In this document: piece by piece, positions 61,011 through 64,000 of the stretch
Layout of the letters: every line of letters begins with the position of its first letter
How positions within the stretch are numbered: position 1 is the stretch's first letter
Origin: Rhodosorus marinus CCMP1338
Lineage: Eukaryota > Plantae > Rhodophyta
Direction: 5' to 3'
DNA length: 64,000 nucleotides
NCBI GenBank assembly: GCA_029953675.1
Contig: JAMWBK010000002.1
Location: forward strand, 2,914,001 to 2,978,000
The notes under the pieces: model-generated
Databases searched by the model: none
Seen by the model: the letters and a program-made list of their open reading frames with translations, nothing else
Told to the model about the DNA's origin: nothing
Position numbers and translations under genes: made by a program

Positions 61011-62795
61011 ATGCCCTACTACAGTTCCAACGCAATAGAAGGACGTCTGCTCAAACCCAAGATCGCGTTTAGGAAAAAGAAGAGATTAATAAGGCTGAGT
61101 TCCCAGCGATTGGAGGTCTTCGAAAACAATTCGGTAAGCCTTCCCCCCTTTTTGTTTTTTTTTGCGCTTATTGAGAATCAGACGTTCGCTGGTATACTTT
61201 GGAGCCAAGTGTCTCACTGCGAAGGAACCCAAACCATTGTTTTGCTTTGCTGAAGGACTGCTTCGCTTTCTTATCTCCTCAAAACGCTCGTAGAAGGAAG
61301 AGCCGATCTCTGTCTATGACGTCTTGGGGTGGGACGTGTCTTTCTCCGAGCATCTTCTGACTATCAAACTGTCAGCAGATGGCAAGCTGGTTATGACATT
61401 GCAAGCCTCAACGTATAATGAGTACACTCTTTGGCTAGGAAGGCTGTTCAAGGCCTGTGGAGCGAGGGTATGTCGCACAGGCCGCTCAAGGAATTCGATA
61501 ACCAAGCTGAGTGGCGCCTTGAAAACTAAGTGCCAGTCTGCCCCTAATTCCCTTCTCGGTTAGGATCTTGAATACTTCTACGAGCTGAAGGAAATACTTG
61601 GAGAGGGTGCGTTTGCTATAGTCAAGCTTGCAATAGAAAGAGGCACCGAAGAGCAGTGTGCCGTGAAAGTCATCGATAAGAATAAGGCTGAGAAGCTGAA
61701 TTCAAAGGAGGCACTCAATAGAGAGTTGGACATCATGATTAAGTTATGCTCCATTCCGCGCCCACATGGTGGACGACCAATACCCATCATCGAAATGTGA
61801 GACAGCAGCCAGGCAAGGTGCATACCTACTTCAGACCTGCTTCACAAGCACTCACACCAAGAATCAACCTTCACCACTGCGCAGGCGTGAAATTTATGAC
61901 TTAAGTGATAGGGTGTATATTGTGATGGAGTACATGCAAGGGGGGACTTTGGAAGATGCCATGATGAGAATGGCGTTGCGAACAGAGAGAGTACGTCGTC
62001 GCGGGAACTAGAATTTTCGATGACGGTCGTGTTATGTGTCGATTCTGACTGGTTTTTTTCTTTTTCACATCGCCTTTTTCCTGAGAACAGCAAGTAAGAA
62101 CTACCATGTCGGAGATTGTAGCGGCAGTGGAGAAGCTACACAGCATGAAAATTGTACACAGAGACTTAAAGCTTAAGAATATCCTTTGTACTAATGCGAA
62201 CTTCCCACTTGAGGTAGGTCTTGAGTGCTTCGTTGAGTTGGGAAAGGAAGATCCACCATTTCTAATCGCTTTCCCAATCGCTCTACGCCAGGTTAAAATT
62301 GCTGACTTCGGGCTCTCGAACTATGTGAGGGATGGATCGGTAGCCCTGAAGTCCCATGTGGGTTCCCCGCATTATGTAGCACCAGAGGTTCTCAAAAAGG
62401 ATTGTAAATATGGGCCGGAGGTCGATCTGTGGTCATGCGGAGTTGTTTTGCACCTCATGTTCACCGGTAAGCCATGAATAGCTTTGTATTTTGACTTTTC
62501 TGGTGTTTCTTGCTCCATTTTATCTGTTCGTATCTGTTCTGAAACTCAACTGGATGGGTTTTACGTGGATGACCCAGGTCGATATCCGTTCGACGGTGGA
62601 ACGATAAAGGAGATTCTCGAATGTGTAGCTCGAGGGGACTTTAAGATGGACAGCCCCGCGTGGAAACTTGTATCTGAGGAGGGGAAGGAGTTCCTGAGGA
62701 AACTGCTAACTGTGGACATTAGACAGCGCATGACTGCGACAGATGCTCTCAATCATTGCTGGATGACATCAGACAGACTCACGAGGAGGTCATGA
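61011..62795 (+). CDS. CAMK-group Ser/Thr kinase with a PH-like N-terminal domain; exons 61011-61133, 61294-61467, 61564-61796, 61885-61990, 62091-62213, 62292-62466, 62578-62795; about 383 aa
   Basis: LGEGAFAIV, AVK, HRDLKLKN, DFG, APE and DLWSCGV are all intact. The N-terminal region ends in a PH-like helix (EYTLWLGRL). Confidence 0.88.
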
Positions 62796-63226
62796 AAACG
62801 AGCTTCAAGTGAAAAGAAAGAAGGTTGACGTTCTGGTACACGGGAATGTTAGAAAGGTTCCTGTACCTGTCGTGGATATTGAACGGTCTACACACTATTT
62901 AACGACTATTGAGTTTGTGTACGTAAATATGGAGCATGGTTTTATTATTATTTTGGATTTCGCTTGAAGGTTTAGGAGACACGTCTTAGCCCGTGATCCC
63001 CGCCGCCATAGCTCCTGACGTGAGAGTCCTGCCTTCATCGTGGTTTGACAAAGGCGGCTCTTGCGTGATGAGTAAACTTTTTCTCTCAGAGAACACCTTG
63101 AATCCGAATGTCTCAAGAATGTAGTGAGACATAGTCTTCCGAACGCTCGGGGGGCTCGGGGTGCCTACTTCTGATCTCAGGATGAGCGGTCTGCACAGAT
63201 GTAGTCTGATGAAGCTCGGTCGCAGG

Positions 63227-64000
63227 TTAGCCTTTGAAAGCTTTGGTGAACACTGCCTCGGAGTTCATCAAGAGACGCCTTCCGACTTCTTCTTCGGATA
63301 GCGACTTCACTTCGGCTACGCACGTCAAGGAGTGCACAATGTTGGAGGGAACGTTCCGGGTCCTTTGAACAGGACCTAACGCGGGCGCGTCTGTCTCTAG
63401 CAGAAGATTTTCCAAAGGGAGTCGCTCAACAAGCTTTCGCATATGCTCTGACTATATAGTGGCAACAGCAACGGTCTCGGAAACTGTTAGAAACCAGTGA
63501 ACGTGATCCGAGCACGCACCACGTGCGATAGAACGGGCTTAGCAACACGGGCATACTCTGGAAGCAGAAGGAGGGACACTGAACATAAAACTAGATTCCT
63601 CCACAGCCTTCAGCGCGTAGATTGGCCTCCCGTCAAAGGCGTGCATGACCACGTTTGAGAGTTCCAGGTTCTGCAAAAGTTTCAACGTGTGTTTCCCCGC
63701 CGACCTTGAGTGAACGGACATGGGTAGCCCAAACTCCTTCGCGAGTACAGCCTAGCCAATCGCACCAAGGGCGGCAGCTTGATTCAGAACTTTCGACTTG
63801 TTGAAGAGTATGACATGAACAGCACTATGAAGTACCTGTCTTTCTAACGCTGATCGTTGCCTGGCTTTAATGCACTCAGGTTCTCCATGGCCGTTTCTTA
63901 AAACATGAGGGCTGAAGTCGACTTGTTGGATCCGACAGAGGGGCTTTTATTAGCCTTGTGTGGCACGTTCGCTGGAATATTAAAGGAATACTTACGGCCG
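63227..64000 (-). CDS. TatD-family DNase (TATDN3-like), 5' part outside the window; exons ...64000-63996, 63921-63836, 63751-63557, about 63445-63227
   Basis: Contains GLDFSP, LPMSVHSRSAG, VMHAFDG and LLLETDAPALGP...N.PSNI. Confidence 0.88.

Noticed and set aside
1-64000. tRNA, rRNA or snRNA genes and intact mobile elements
   Set aside because: No T-loop GTTCGA in a cloverleaf context, no rRNA or snRNA signature, and no transposase or RT ORF was seen by eye. A covariance-model scan would be needed to exclude them formally.

Overview
This is compact eukaryotic nuclear DNA, most likely from a red alga (inference). The evidence is a floridean-type GH13-like/GT5/CBM48 starch synthase, an MAAFV-type plastid transit peptide on FabF, and short GT-AG introns with CTAAC/CTGAC branch points. 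About 19 spliced genes can be reconstructed by hand: RPL27, a cis-prenyltransferase, a BAR + auxilin-type J-domain gene, starch synthase, OXA1, lipocalin, FabF, SBDS, NDUFAF3, SMC1, ITPase, a GHL10-like glycoside hydrolase, two GLTP paralogs, two protein kinases, a PAP/inositol phosphatase, a ZnT5-N-terminus-like membrane protein and a partial TatD. There are also several orphan ORFs, two perfect hairpins and some short repeats. I found no tRNA, rRNA, CRISPR array or recognisable intact transposon. The strongest finding is an intact three-exon chimeric gene at 5186-6239. It joins the membrane anchor of the neighbouring cis-prenyltransferase to the auxilin-type J-domain of the other neighbour and lies between its two parents, as expected from a tandem duplication with intragenic breakpoints. 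All exon models are manual and untested by RNA-seq.
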